A stretch of 64,000 nt of DNA, taken from contig OX597819.1 of assembly GCA_951406725.2 (NCBI GenBank), forward strand, positions 4,898,001 through 4,962,000, written 5' to 3'. Position numbers and translations under genes: made by a program. The notes under the pieces are model-generated. The model ran no database searches and was not told the DNA's origin. It saw nothing but the letters and a program-made list of their open reading frames with translations. Below, piece after piece: positions 12,112-24,827 of this stretch (position 1 is the first letter of the stretch; every line of letters begins with the position of its first letter). Origin of the DNA: Octopus vulgaris (lineage: Eukaryota).

Positions 12112-15100
12112 TTATGTTGTATCATTCACTCGCAACTTTCGTGCTACATCTTTCCATCGTTCTTCATACACTCTCTTAGTCAGGCATATTCTCTCCAGCC
12201 CTATCTTCCTTTTCAGGTGAAAGATGAAATAATTCATCAAACCAGGGCCGGAGATGAACTTGCCTGACTGTAACCTTTCATTCTCGTCTTCCATATCACC
12301 TCTTTCGCAATTGCTACTACAACGAGAAAACGAAACTTACCTTCATTCGCGAGGAAATCCGGTGGGTCAATTTTTGTAATCGACTCAGTCGACAGCTGTA
12401 CTCTTCGTGTACTTGACAACAGCTGTTCGGCATAAACCCACACCTCAGACACGTCCGGACAATAAACAATAGCGTGCGGGACGGTTTCCCTATCCCGCCC
12501 GCATCTTGGACATATCGGACTGTCTCGGCCACCGTGCCTTGCGAGTTTATCCCGAACAGGTAGAGCTCCTCTGTAGCATTGCCATGCCAGAGACTTCTGG
12601 AAGTTGTCCAGTGTCTTCGGCTTGAACGTACGTCGGAACAGACTGGCCAGCTGATTATCGTCGAGACCTAGGGTTTCCCCCAAGGTATCTTCACATTCCG
12701 CCTCTACCAACCCTCTATAGAAGAATGTGGTGGAACCCCCACCGCAGGCGTTACCCGAGCGACGGACCAGCAGGAGAGCCTTGCGACACTCCGTGTACCA
12801 AGCACCAAGTTTCGATCTACGATTCAGCCAGGTTTCCCATCCACCGAAACTAGTGAACTTGGGAAACATCAGTTTTGCTAACGGAGACCACACCCGTTCA
12901 CCATCCAGATAGAGCCACAGATGTCTTAACCTCAGCGCATGTCTGCGCATCATCAGCCAAGGCATCCCTAGCCCACCCTTTAACGGTTGTTGACAGCAAG
13001 TAGAGCGTTTCACAAGTGGTTTCCCGCCCTTCCACAAGAAGTAGAAGAGCTGTCTTTCCAACTTGATCAACCACGAATCAGGGCAAGGAACGACGGAAAG
13101 GCGGTAGGTGATAACCGATGCGATAAACACATTGGCCACCTCCGCCCTCCCTTTCAGGGATAGCCACCGCCAAGACCAGGTCTTGGCTACTGCAGCCACC
13201 TTGCTCGTTACCTCGCCCCAATTCTTCTCTATTTGGAGGTCTGGACCGAACCAGACCCCTAGCAATTTAATCGGACCCTCCGTCCAACGTCCCACGACGC
13301 TGTCAGGAGGCATCGACTTGCCTCTCCAGGTGCCGAGTTGCAAGCCGACTGACTTTTCGCGATTAACTTTTGCTCCTGTCACCGTCTCGTAAACCTCTAT
13401 GGCCTTGCCTACTTTACATAGGTGGTCCATTTCGGTTACGATGATGGTGATGTCATCCGCGTACGCTGACACCGATTTTCCATTACCTGGCTGTCTCGGG
13501 ATGCCGCTCAGTTTTCGCAGTAATGGCTCAAGAGCCATCACGTACAAAAGCGGGGAGAGCGGACACCCTTGACGAACCGAGCGTTTGATTTTGAACGGCT
13601 TCGACAAGAAGTCGTTCACCCGAACTACCGAGTCGATGTTATCATAAATTTGGATAATCCACCTGAGGAAGCCAAGGCTCAGCCCGAACTGTGCCAGAGC
13701 AGATACCAGGTAACGATGGTCGACCCTATCAAATGCTTTAGATTGGTCTAAATGGACCAGAGCCCCACCCTTGCCAGAATCGTTATTAAACCCCTCTATA
13801 GTGTACCGCATTAGATGGAGATTATCCTGAATGGTTCTGCCCGGAACGGCACATGTCTGTGCCTCCCGATCAGACCATCCGCGACACGCGCCAATCTTTT
13901 CGATAACACTTTGGCCAAAATCTTCAACTCTGTGTTTAGCAGAGTGATGGACCTGAAATTATCAATGCACTCCCCCTTACTCGGGTCCTTTCTGACGAGT
14001 GTCACTACTCCCCGGCGCACAGATCTGGGTATGAGCCCGTTCTGCTGCCAGTTCGTATAGACCTCCGCCAGTAGGTGCCCGAACAAGTCTGGCATACTCT
14101 TATATAACTCATAGGGTAGACCATCTAAACCCGGCGCCTTGCCCGCGCCGCAGTCCGCCATTGCCTCAACCACCTCCTCAGGCGTGATTGGCCCTTCACA
14201 GCCCTCCGCATCTCGCCCCGATAAGCGCGGCAGCCCGTCGAGTAGGTCCGTATAGGCCCTCCTCCTGTCCAGTCCGCCGCACTCACCGAAAAGCTGAGCG
14301 AAGTGCTCCTGAAAGGCCTCACACATCTCCTCGGGTTCGTTTATCAACTCACCTTGTTGGTTCGTCAAAGATCGAATCGTGGCATCGTTACCACGCTTGG
14401 CTTCCACCACTCGGGCCCATCTCACGGCGTTGATTCCTTCACATCCTATTGCGCGGATTCCTAGCCCTGACAATGCAGCCCATGTGTTTGGCCTCGAGGT
14501 GCTGGTTTAACACCAGTCTCTTGGACGCCACCTGAGCCGCAGAGCCAGTTTTCAAGGCTTCCTCTAATTCCTTAACTAGAGTAGTTTCCCTCCTAGCCTC
14601 TCTAGCCACTACTCCTATGCTATATCTAATTGACTCGAACTTGATGGCTCGTTTGAGGGCGTACCACCATTTATTATTAATGATGGTACCAGATAGTGCC
14701 CTCTGAATTATAGTCCTAATCCGGTCTTTGTACTCCTTAATCGCCAAAAGGGACGTATTAAGTTTCCAGTAACCGGATCCTCTATTTTTAACCTTATCTA
14801 TGTCAAGCTTACAGGTGACCATTTTATGATCACTGTAGCTGATCGGGTAAAACTGTGGACACTTAGCTATTTTCTGTCTACTTTTCTAATTAGTATTCTA
14901 TCTAAATATGACCTGGAAGATCCGTCGCTGTTTGACCATGTCCACAATGGAGCGTTCGTAAATTCCAGCCTATAAGGATCTGCTAGCTCAAAGCGGCTTA
15001 GCAGTTCCATGAAGCCACTGTTACCTTTTCTATCTGAACGCGAGCCAACACAATCTACATCCGCTTTGCAAATTGTGTTAAAGTCTCCTAGCACAACTAA

Positions 15101-15506
15101 TGAATGCGAAGTACTAAGAAAGTTTTCTAGTTCACGAAAATAATCACTTTGCCCTGTATGGTTGGGTGCGTAAATTGCAACCAGTCTGATAACTTTACCG
15201 TTACTGAACGTCAAATCCATGACGACCAGCCTACCTTCTGGATCTGCAAAAATTAACTTTTTCTCAGAAACCCGGTTTCTTTTTATTAGGACCAACACCC
15301 CACTTCCGCCAGTAGGACTGCCAGGAGAGAAAAAAACTCTCGTAGCCGTCAAACAGCGGGAGTAGACCTCTTGGCCCCTCTAACCGGGTTTCTGTAGCAA
15401 CAATAACATCTAAATTACGCGACCTGATATCATGCAGGAAGCGACCTTGCTTCCAGCCTGCTCCCAGGCCGCGCACATTCAAACAACCAACATAAATGTA
15501 ATCCAT
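12112..15506 (-). pseudogene. Tx1 ORF2 (APE endonuclease, reverse transcriptase, C-terminal CCHC), split by about 5 frameshifts
   Basis: LNVRGL, ATETR, VLGDFN, SYLDRIL, GSGYWKLN, KAPGLDGLPYE, LDQSKAFDRVDH, RQGCPLSP, AYADD, CPRCGRDRETVPHAIVYC across ORFs 15264-15506, 14867-15352, 14439-14822, 13811-14473, 12237-13811 and 12112-12294. Confidence 0.93.
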
Positions 15507-15515
15507 TACTTACCT

Positions 15516-16856
15516 TTATATCAGTGGTTCGGTTTTCTCTTTTTCTTCTTTGTTTAACTCTTTTTCAGGGCCTCGTGGGGGAGTCTGACGTAGGCCCTCG
15601 AATATATGTGGAGATGTCACATCCATTCTAAGTGGGCCTACGTCATGGAAGAATTCGGATTTTATCCGTCCGTAATCCTTCCGGCCTATCCTGTACACTA
15701 CATAGTCGTTCTTTTTCCCTATTCTCTCCACTTTGGCCATAGCTGCCAATACGTTTCCAAGTCTGTTATTTGATGCCTTAACGGCCATATACGAGTTCAT
15801 CGACTCTCTTTTCTTTTTTAAGTTCACTCTGGGAGGGGTGGTTTCCGTTTTTCTTTTTTTTTTTTTTCTGGTGATTTTTGCCCACCCCTCCTCATTTTTC
15901 TTTTCCTCGCTCTTATTTTCCTCCGCCGCTGGTTCTGCTGCCTTTTTCACCTCCACACCTTCAGTCGTCCCTTCTGGGCCGCCCGGCGCTGCTTCTGGTG
16001 ACACTTTATCTTCTTTTTCACCTGGCTGAGGTGCTTCCTGCGGTTTGGGTTGGGGTTGGCATTCCGCCCTTACATGACCCTTCTTGCCGCAGCCGAAGCA
16101 CCTCGGCTTTCTGCCCTCCACGAAAACTGTTATTCTCTCTTCCTCACTTATTTTTAAAGTTTCTGGAATTTCCTCCAGTGTTTGAACTTCCGCCTGAATG
16201 GCTATTACTATTTTCTGTCCTTTCCAAAATTCCTCTTCCTCCACTGTGGCCTGGAGGATGTTTATTTTTTCCTCCAGGCCTACCATCACTGCTGCCACCA
16301 GACATTCGGCATCTGCCTCTGGGGGAATGTTGTTCATCGTAATTCTCGATGTTCTTTTCCCTTTATACAAGGGGAGGAGAACAATGTTCTCCGCTTTAAT
16401 CGGTTCCATAGATAGTTTTTTCGCTATCTCCTCTGTAGTGAAACGCACCTCCACTGTGCCGTATCTCTTTCCTCTGTTAATGTAAGTTATTTTGTCCATT
16501 AATGGTTTAAGACAGTTCTCTATTTTTTTTTCTTCAATTTTTTCGATCATTTTTGTCGTCGTGTTAAATGTCTTATAAATTATTCTTTTTTTTTCTATTT
16601 CATCGTGTTTTTGGACGTTTGTGACCACTGTCACTTCCGTGCCCTCTTTTGTGACACAGTCCGCATATTTTTCCAAATCTTCCACATTTATTTTTTTAAT
16701 CTTTTTACCGGCCACTTCAGAGAATTTTTTCGCTGGAGCTGGTGCTGGTGCTGGGTTTTCCTTTTTCTTTGGTGACGTCGCCTCTTTTTTCTTTGGCGAC
16801 ATCGCCGGATACTCCTCTTCACTCGTCATGGGTGAATCAGAGAAGGGGGACTCCAT
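15516..16856 (-). CDS. Tx1 ORF1 nucleic-acid-binding protein (446 aa)
   Basis: Uninterrupted ORF with zinc knuckle CFGCGKKGHVRAEC and basic W..ITRKKKKRK motif; ends 10 bp upstream of the ORF2 ATG. Confidence 0.9.
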   Translation of the reverse strand: MESPFSDSPMTSEEEYPAMSPKKKEATSPKKKENPAPAPAPAKKFSEVAGKKIKKINVEDLEKYADCVTKEGTEVTVVTNVQKHDEIEKKRIIYKTFNTTTKMIEKIEEKKIENCLKPLMDKITYINRGKRYGTVEVRFTTEEIAKKLSMEPIKAENIVLLPLYKGKRTSRITMNNIPPEADAECLVAAVMVGLEEKINILQATVEEEEFWKGQKIVIAIQAEVQTLEEIPETLKISEEERITVFVEGRKPRCFGCGKKGHVRAECQPQPKPQEAPQPGEKEDKVSPEAAPGGPEGTTEGVEVKKAAEPAAEENKSEEKKNEEGWAKITRKKKKRKTETTPPRVNLKKKRESMNSYMAVKASNNRLGNVLAAMAKVERIGKKNDYVVYRIGRKDYGRIKSEFFHDVGPLRMDVTSPHIFEGLRQTPPRGPEKELNKEEKEKTEPLI

Positions 16857-17269
16857 CTTGAACAGTTGGCTTCACAAGCCCTTGGTAACTTCAAGATAAT
16901 TGATATTTTTCCCCCACGGAGGGGGGAACACCAACGCGAAGTCCTCGCGCGAAGGCTGACTTCGGCAGTTAGACCGCAATATACAAAGCAGGTAGACAAA
17001 CAGTAGAGAATAACAGAGATAATAATACGACAGCAAAAATATATCAACTTACAATAAACGCAAAAAAACACGACTGTTCAATGCACTACATGGTTAGTAT
17101 CCAAGTGGTATCGATGAGGATTTCAAGAGGATTGCCACGTTTAAATAAGAAATGGAAATCATTTAGTTAATCATGCAATTTTGGGAATATTCCATTTTTT
17201 ACTGATATATACTACAATAACAAAGAAATTATTTAAGATTTTAGATTTATGCATAAGTATTCTTATGGT

Positions 17270-17397
17270 TCCAAAACGCATGGTTCTCAGTTCAGTCCCA
17301 CTGTGTGGTAACTTGGCATGTGTCTTCTACTATAGCCTGAGACCAACCAAAGCCTTGTCAGTGGATTTTGTAGACAGAAACTGAAAGAAATCAATCG

Positions 17398-17430
<33 letters not shown>

Positions 17431-17570
17431 ATAACTCTGTGTATGTGTCTTTGTGTTTCTCCCTCATCACTGCTTCACAACTGGTGTTCGTTTATTTACA
17501 TCCCCATAACATACTGGTTTCACAAGAAGAAACTGATAGAATAAGTTCCAGGCTTATCAAAATTTAAAAA
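17270..17570 (+). mobile_element. Degenerate tRNA SINE family A copy
   Basis: TTCAGTCCCACTG...TGTCTTCTACTATAGCC...GATAGAATAAG matches family A. Confidence 0.75.
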
Positions 17571-17661
17571 GCTCTACGCAGTGTCTCACATTTTTGTTTG
17601 CCCACTCAGTTGTATCTATCAATTTATCTTTGTGTGTGTGTGTGTGTACATACATATATAT

Positions 17662-17731
<70 letters not shown>

Positions 17732-17799
17732 ATTTCGTGGACAGGAACTGAAACAAATCAATCGTATATATATGTATGTATATATGTAAGTGTATGTGT

Positions 17800-19494
17800 T
17801 TTAGTATTGGCAACATGAATGACAATAGCCAGAGACTACTTGAATTTTGCACATACCATAACCTGTGCATCACCAACACATTCTTTCCCAACAAGACATC
17901 CCACAAGGCATCTTGGAGACATCCAAGATCTCACCACTGGCATCAGTTGGATCTCATCATTACACGAAGATCCTTTCTGAATTCTGTTCAACTGACCCGT
18001 AGCGCGGATTGTGAGACAGATCATTCACTAATAAGAAGGGTGAGGATTCTGCCTAAAAAGTCCATCACTCCAAGAAAATTAGCCAACCACGCATTAACAC
18101 TGCCAGAACCTCGAACCCTACACTGCGACAATGTTTTGCTGTTTTTATCAAGGTTGCCCTCAGTAGCTGCCCAACCTCCTCTGCTGAAAGTAGGTGGAAT
18201 TATATCAGGGAAGCTTTGTATACCACATCAATAGATACTTTCGGAATGAGAGAAAGGTAAAACCCAGATTTTGTTCAGTGCTGGGCTCTCAGAGCTGGAA
18301 CCAGTTATCGAAGCAAAGCGTACAGCTCTGATGCAATACAAGAGTGGTTCTTCTACAAAGTCACACGAAGAACTCAGAAAGGCAAGAAATAAAACCCAAC
18401 TGATTGCCAGACGCTATGCAAATGGGTATTGAAAGGAAATCTGTCAGAGTATCCAGTCAGCTGCTGACAGTGGCGACACCCGTGGGATGTATGCCGGTTT
18501 GAAGCACACACAGAAGAAGCCCTACGAAGGCTCAGCAACTGTTTTGAGCAAGCATTTGGCAACTTTGGCTTAGTTATCAGCCTCAAGAAGACCAACATCA
18601 TGGGTCAGGCTACATCGGACATCCCAAACATACATATTGGAGACCACAGAGTATAGGAGGTGGAGAAGTTTACCTATCTTGGTTCTACCGTCACCTACAA
18701 CCTATCCCTTGATGCTGAGCTCAATATACGCATTGGCAAGGCAGCTGCTGTGATGGCCCAACTCACCAAACGCGCATGGGACAACAATAAGCTGACCAAG
18801 ACCACAAAAATGAAGATTTACCAGGCATGTGTACTTAGCACTCTACTGTATGACTTTGACGCCATACACACGCCATACGACGCCATACGTCGCCTAAATA
18901 TCTTTCACCTGCGCTGTCTCCGGAAAATCCATCGCATCAAATGGCAGAATCATGTCCCTAACAAAGATGTCCTCAAGCAAGCAGGAATACCAAGCATGTT
19001 TGCACTCTTCACACAAAGACGTATGAGATGGCTTGGACATGTTAGCCGTATGGAAGATGGCAGAATCCCCAAGGACATACTCAACGGAGAGCTTGCTAGG
19101 GGCACTAGGTCTGTGAGAAGACCGTTCTTACGATACAAGGGTGTTTGCAAAAGGGACATGAATGCCTGCAACATCAATATTACCAACTGGGAAGCAGTTG
19201 CCAGCAACCGTGGAGATTGGCGACGTACCATGAAAGAAGGAACACAAAGGAGTGACATAGTGAGAAAGGAGAAATGGAAAGACAAGAAAAGACGTCAACA
19301 AGAAACTATGACATTACAACCAGCCAGGCAAAGTCTTCGCTACATTTACGGCACCTGCCAGAGGGAGTGTTTGTCCCGGATAGGACTACACAGCCACAGC
19401 AGGAGATGTATTAGGACATGAAATGTAAAAGCCGGACAAGATTATTTTATGCGCAACTCCATTGTCTCCCGAGACAAAAAGGATGCCAACAACA
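17800..19494 (+). mobile_element. RTE/BovB-like LINE, 5'-truncated and internally deleted
   Basis: APE end (NSQRLLEFC, WRHPRSHHWHQLDLII); RT C-terminus (EKFTYLGS, RWLGHVSRM..GRIPKDIL.GEL); C2H2 CGTCQRECLSRIGLHSHSRRC; 3' CCATTGTCTCCCGAGACAAAAAGGATGCC(AAC)n. Confidence 0.92.
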
Positions 19495-19795
19495 ATATAT
19501 ATGGATTTCGTAGACAGGAACTGTAACAAATAAATCGTATATATATGTATGTATATATGTAAGTGTATGTGTGTGTCTTTGTCTCTGTGTTTCGCCCTCA
19601 TCACTGCTTCACAACTGCTGTTCACTTATTTACATCCACATAACTTACTGGTTTCACAAAAACAAACTAATAGAGTAAGTACTAGGCTTATCGACATAAA
19701 AAAGCACTAGGCTGTGTCTCATATTTTTGTTTGCTCACTCAGTTGTATCTATCAATTTATCTTTGTATGTGTGCATGTGTGTGTGTATCTATATA

Positions 19796-19859
<64 letters not shown>

Positions 19860-19868
<9 letters not shown>

Positions 19869-21157
19869 CCCTAATGGGAGCCTTAAATCCCAAATTTTAG
19901 TAATTTCTTTTATGATCCAAAACTTGGTCAAAAGTACTGAATGGATCTTTATGAAATTTGGAAATTATATTCTATGCATAAGAGCCATAACACCCATGAC
20001 AATTCATATATTTTTGCTGTTGATGAAATTTTAACCATAGACATTAGACACAAATGAAGTAATATCTATAAAATTTCATCTTACAAAGTTAGAAAGACCC
20101 CTCCATGGGGACTTAACAACTACAATTTTGTCATTTTATCTAAGCAAAAATGAATACAGTTGTGCTCTTGGAAGCTGTAGGGTTACCCGAGCATAAAAGA
20201 TGAGCATTATTTGTAATTCAATGGTACAACAGTGTAACAGTTTGCTTTGACATACACACTGCATAAATTGTCAAGTAAATGAGAGGCATCTTTGCCTCCA
20301 CTGATTCAGTTGCAAAGTGTAGAGTAAAATTTATTTGATTGCAGACCTCTTTTCCGTCTTTTTATTATCACTCGGTCACACATAGTCCCCAGATGGTAAC
20401 ATTGATTTCAAGGCCTTCCCAGATGAGTGACTGGTTATTCGAAGACATTTATAGATTTTAAATTTATTCTATCCAGTTACGTATCAGTATAGTGGTCATT
20501 TGCAAACTACAGAGGTGGCACTTTCATTTCTCCTTAGCTCTCACGTCAAACAGTTGTTAATGTTGATTTCAGTTGGGTCACGCCCTTCCAATTGCTATAG
20601 ATTTGTAATGCATCTTACGGCTGTGCCTGTCACCTGGATGGTGAGGAATCCTACATTAGGAGTGGTAACGACTAGGGTAGGGTAACTGACTGCTTATTGT
20701 GATCATTCGTCTTTTGGTTTCCTGTAGCTTTGCTCTCTTTTACAAACCCAGTGAACATATATTTCCTATTTCAAAGAAATTCAAACAATAGATATAAGAC
20801 CCAAGTTAAAAATATTTTCAACAATTCAACTTCTCTGGTTGACATTAAGATGCCCACCCCCAACAGGGGCCTTAACTCTCACATTTTAGAGCTCCATGAC
20901 CTTCATTTTTCAGGAACAAAATCTTTTTAACAAGTTAAATAAGACTGGAATTTTGGAATATGCGCATAAAAATCAGGATTATGGGATACATGTGGCACGA
21001 TTACAATTTTTTAGGGTGTGTAAAGATTGAAATAACCCTCATCTGCAATTTTGATGAAATTCGAAACATAGATATTCCAGTTCATCACAGAAGATATAAC
21101 AGAAAAGTCTAATTCTCCAATTGAATGTAATCGGGTAACGCCGGGTATCTCTGCTAG
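19860..21157 (+). mobile_element. Probable non-autonomous Helitron (third family)
   Basis: Starts TATATAAAAC out of a (TA)n run and ends CGGGTAACGCCGGGTATCTCTGCTAG-T. Confidence 0.6.
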
Positions 21158-21222
21158 TTATATATAAATATAAAAAAGTAAAAGATATGCAATAAATATA
21201 AATATGTATATAAAAGTAAAAA

Positions 21223-21271
<49 letters not shown>

Positions 21272-21384
21272 TTTCTTTTCTTTCTTTTATTCTTTTACTT
21301 GTTTCGACCCGAACACTTCTTTAAAGTAATTCTATATATTTCGCAAAAAAGAACAATAATATTATGTATATACATGCCACCATC

Positions 21385-21545
21385 GGGGGGACAAACACAA
21401 ACACACACACAGTTTCCGTCTACCAAATTCACTCACAAGGCTTTGGTTGGCCTGAGGCTCTAGTAGAAGACCAAGGCGTCGCATAATGGGGCTGAACCCA
21501 GAACCATGTAGTTGGTAAGCAGGCTACTTACCACACAGCCACTCA
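21385..21545 (-). mobile_element. SINE family A partial copy (another at about 21750-21880)
   Basis: GTTTCCGTCTACCAAATTCACTCACAAGGCTTTGG...ACCACACAGCCACTC. Confidence 0.75.
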
Positions 21546-21569
21546 TGCATATGTATGTGTGTGTGTGTG

Positions 21570-21655
<86 letters not shown>

Positions 21656-21906
21656 TGTGTGTAGTTTGACAAGTGTCAATGAACGAAACTCTCGCCCCCG
21701 AGTCACTCTGTTGCTTCTGCTAAATATTGATAAACACATATAGAACAAGCTTTTTCAGATTCCGTCAACCAAATCTACTCACAAGGGTTTAGTCGACCCA
21801 AGGCTATAGTAGAAACACCCGCTCAAAGTGCCACGCAGCTGGACTGAACCCGGAACAGCTTACAACACAGTCACGCCTGCTTCTATTCACATATATACAT
21901 GATATA

Positions 21907-22131
21907 TATTTCTTTTGCTACCCACAAGGGGCTAAACATAGAGGGGACAAACAAGGACAGACAAACGGATTAAGTCGATTACATCGACCCAGTGCGAAAC
22001 TGGTACTTTATTTATCGACCCCGAGAGGATGAAAGGCAAAGTCGACCTCGGCGGAACTTGAACTCAGAACGTAGACGAAATACTGCTAAGCATTTCGCCC
22101 GGCGTGCTAACGCTTCTGCCAGCTCGCCGCC
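21907..22131 (-). mobile_element. tRNA-derived SINE family B with Tx1-type tail
   Basis: Head GGCGGCGAGCTGGCAGAA, B box GAGTTCAAGTTCC, tail TTTAGCCCCTTGTGGGTAGCAAAAGAAATA. Confidence 0.88.
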
Positions 22132-22781
22132 TCTTGCATGTAAATCTATGTGCGTATATAGACACAGTTATACATACACATACCTAGTCATGGATGGCTA
22201 CACACACTAACACACACGTACACATACACATGCAAGTAGTCACACGAGTGTACACACAACCACACACATACGCACGCGCACACACACACACACACACACA
22301 CATACACACTCGCACGCACGCACATAATCTCCTTTCCTCTCACCCTTATTCTTCTAAGCAAACACACATCTACACACACATAGAAAGGCATGCATGCACG
22401 CAGATATAAGATTAATTCGCGGCCAAATTTCAGGGCAGACGTTGAAGAGAAAGGACAAGCTATTGAAAAGGTCGCGAAAAATAGCGACGAACGGACTTTC
22501 ACGAAGAAATAAAACTTTGATTGTTTAACCAAACAAACGATCGATTACGAAGTTGGTCAGATGTGTAACCATATCGTTATTGGCATAATGACCCTCCCAA
22601 GAATCAACAAGATGTATGTGTGTATACGTGTGTGAGTGTGTGTGCGTATGTGTATATATGTATGTGTGTGTGTGTATATGTATGTGTGTGTGTGTGGCAA
22701 AAACAGACCGATAGAATAAGTACTAGGCTTACAAAGAATAATCCCTAGAGTCGATTTGCTCGACGAACGGCAGTGCTCCAG

Positions 22782-22830
22782 TGTCGCTGAAGAGTTCACA
22801 GACAGTGTGACGAAAGATTTCCGGACGATA
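22782..22830 (+). ncRNA. Degenerate type I hammerhead ribozyme motif (Penelope-like element fragment)
   Basis: TGTCG-CTGAAGA-GTTCACA gacag TGTGAC-GAAA-gatttccgga-CGATA; stems I and II pair, stem III and the cleavage triplet are corrupted. Confidence 0.55.
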
Positions 22831-23073
22831 AACATAAATTAGAATAAGAACAGTAATAAATGAGTGATTATATAGTGCGCCTGTTTATTTGGCAAAAAGA
22901 GGGAAAAAATAACTATCTCGAAATACAACAATATCTGTTTCAACGCACGGTTTCACATCAAGAATCTTGCAGCACACATATATAAAAGGATATATTTACA
23001 GAAAACAACAAAAGACGAAGACAGGTGCAGGAATAACAAGCAGGTGCATTAGTTTGACTGAATATATATAGAG

Positions 23074-23174
23074 AATACCAAACGAGTTCCCTATGGATAC
23101 CGTATTTATTACAACGAGTGGCTTGTAAACGAGTTGTAATAAATACGGTATCCATAGGGAATGAGTTTGGTATT
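23074..23174. repeat. Palindromic hairpin (29-bp perfect arms at 23087-23115 and 23133-23161)
   Basis: TTCCCTATGGATACCGTATTTATTACAAC / GTTGTAATAAATACGGTATCCATAGGGAA. Confidence 0.9.
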
Positions 23175-23388
23175 TTATTTATTACACACGAATAAAGGAC
23201 CATATTTTATTAACCCAATAACTAAATTCTTCACGTTTAGTTGTAACTTATGAATGACAAAAGTAGTGCCGTCACCGTGACCTCAAGTCATCACCATGGA
23301 TTGACCAATCAGAAGCAGCGCTCGCAGTATCTGACATATGTTAGATACCAAAAATATCTCAAAGTGTTCTCACTCACATGTGTGTAAT

Positions 23389-23429
<41 letters not shown>

Positions 23430-23550
23430 CAATTAAGGACAACTACTTAATAAGGAAAACTTAACAAGAAATTGTCAGGTAGATAGCGTGAAAGACCTCA
23501 TAAGAGAAAAAAATTTCGAAAATAATTATTTCTTATTGAACATATTAATT

Positions 23551-23991
23551 TATATATAGAGGGCATTATACATACATGCCAGAGGGCATTATACATACAT
23601 GCCACACGCTAAGAGGGACAATTAGTCATTTCTACCAAAAATTTTACTAATCCCGAATTTTACTAATTTTACTTTCCCGAAATGCAATTCGTAAAAGTCT
23701 GCCATTTACCGGATGTAATATATGTAAACTCACCCATGTGCTTCGTTGATGTTGACCAGTTAGCTGCTCGGCTTAAGCGAGGCAGGGTCGTTTATTTATG
23801 ATACGTCCAGGCTTGCTGATGAATACAGAGGTATGAAATCACAGTGATACAAGTCTATATTTTTAAATGTCTTACTTTGAAAAATTGCATTCGGTGGGAT
23901 TAGTAAAATTTTTGGTAGAAATGACTAATTGTCCCTCTTAGCGTGTGGCATGTATGTATAATGCCCTCTGGCATGTATGTATAATGCCCTC

Positions 23992-23999
<8 letters not shown>
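23551..23999 (+). mobile_element. Penelope-like pseudo-LTR fragment with approx. 100-bp inverted ends, in (TA)n
   Basis: 23551-23654 is the reverse complement of 23896-23999 and the interval encloses a hammerhead motif. Confidence 0.75.
23809..23856 (+). ncRNA. Type I hammerhead ribozyme, intact core
   Basis: AGGCTTG-CTGATGA-ATAC agag GTAT-GAAA-TCAC a GTGA-TA-CAAGTCT: 7-bp stem I, 4-bp stem II, palindromic stem III, AUA cleavage triplet. Confidence 0.85.
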
Positions 24000-24057
<58 letters not shown>

Positions 24058-24058
<1 letters not shown>

Positions 24059-24779
24059 GTGTAGGAAGAAACGAAGATTTAACAAAATTCCTTTTTATTA
24101 TTTTCTACATATGTTTCAAAGGCTGCAAAGTCCCTAATTCGGATTGAATAAGGAGTCCATTTTGCAGCCTTCTCTTCAGGAAAATCCAGGAACTTAATTC
24201 TCCAACAAAATGCACAGCAAGCTTTTCACAAACGCTCACGAGGAGCCCATGGAATAAATGGCACAAACTGTCTATCTATATGCGTTGACGCCAGGCTGGG
24301 TGAAAGCAGACGAGAATGTCCGTTAAGATAGTTCAAGGTCAGAATCCGGTTAGGAGAAGGGGGGTACAGGAAAATCAAAGAGTGTGAATGTATTCTGTAT
24401 GACTGGTGTTTATATTTGAATTATTTTAAGAATGAGTGCTAGAGTGTTTGAGTGTGAGAAATTGCTTTCATGTATGTGTGTGTGCGTCTATGTATGTGTG
24501 GCAGTGTGTTTCGAAGGCAGCAAGAGAGAGATATATAGCAGGTATTAATGGTCAAGCAACAGAAAAGACTGTATATATATATATATAAATTAGAAAAAAA
24601 AACACCTTTTATCAATTCATGATATATACGATTTATTTATTATTTTGCACATTACTTAATCATCGGTATATATTTATTTTATATTTAATATTTCTATTAT
24701 ATGTAATTTTCTAGATGGTGTAATTTGATTGTTCATTTTGAATTGATAAAAGGTGGTTTTTTTCTATTTTATATATATA

Positions 24780-24827
<48 letters not shown>

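Larger units (their letters stand above)
11866..17082 (-). mobile_element. Full-length Tx1 (L1-group) non-LTR retrotransposon with 24-bp TSD
   Basis: Identical GCACTACATGGTTAGTATCCAAGT at 11842-11865 and 17083-17106. ORF1 gag-like; ORF2 APE-RT-CCHC; 3' end GCCCCTAGTGGGTAATAAAGAAATA. Confidence 0.95.

Noticed and set aside
12727-16899. Plus-strand ORFs overlapping the Tx1 element
   Set aside because: Antisense shadows of ORF1/ORF2 codon structure.
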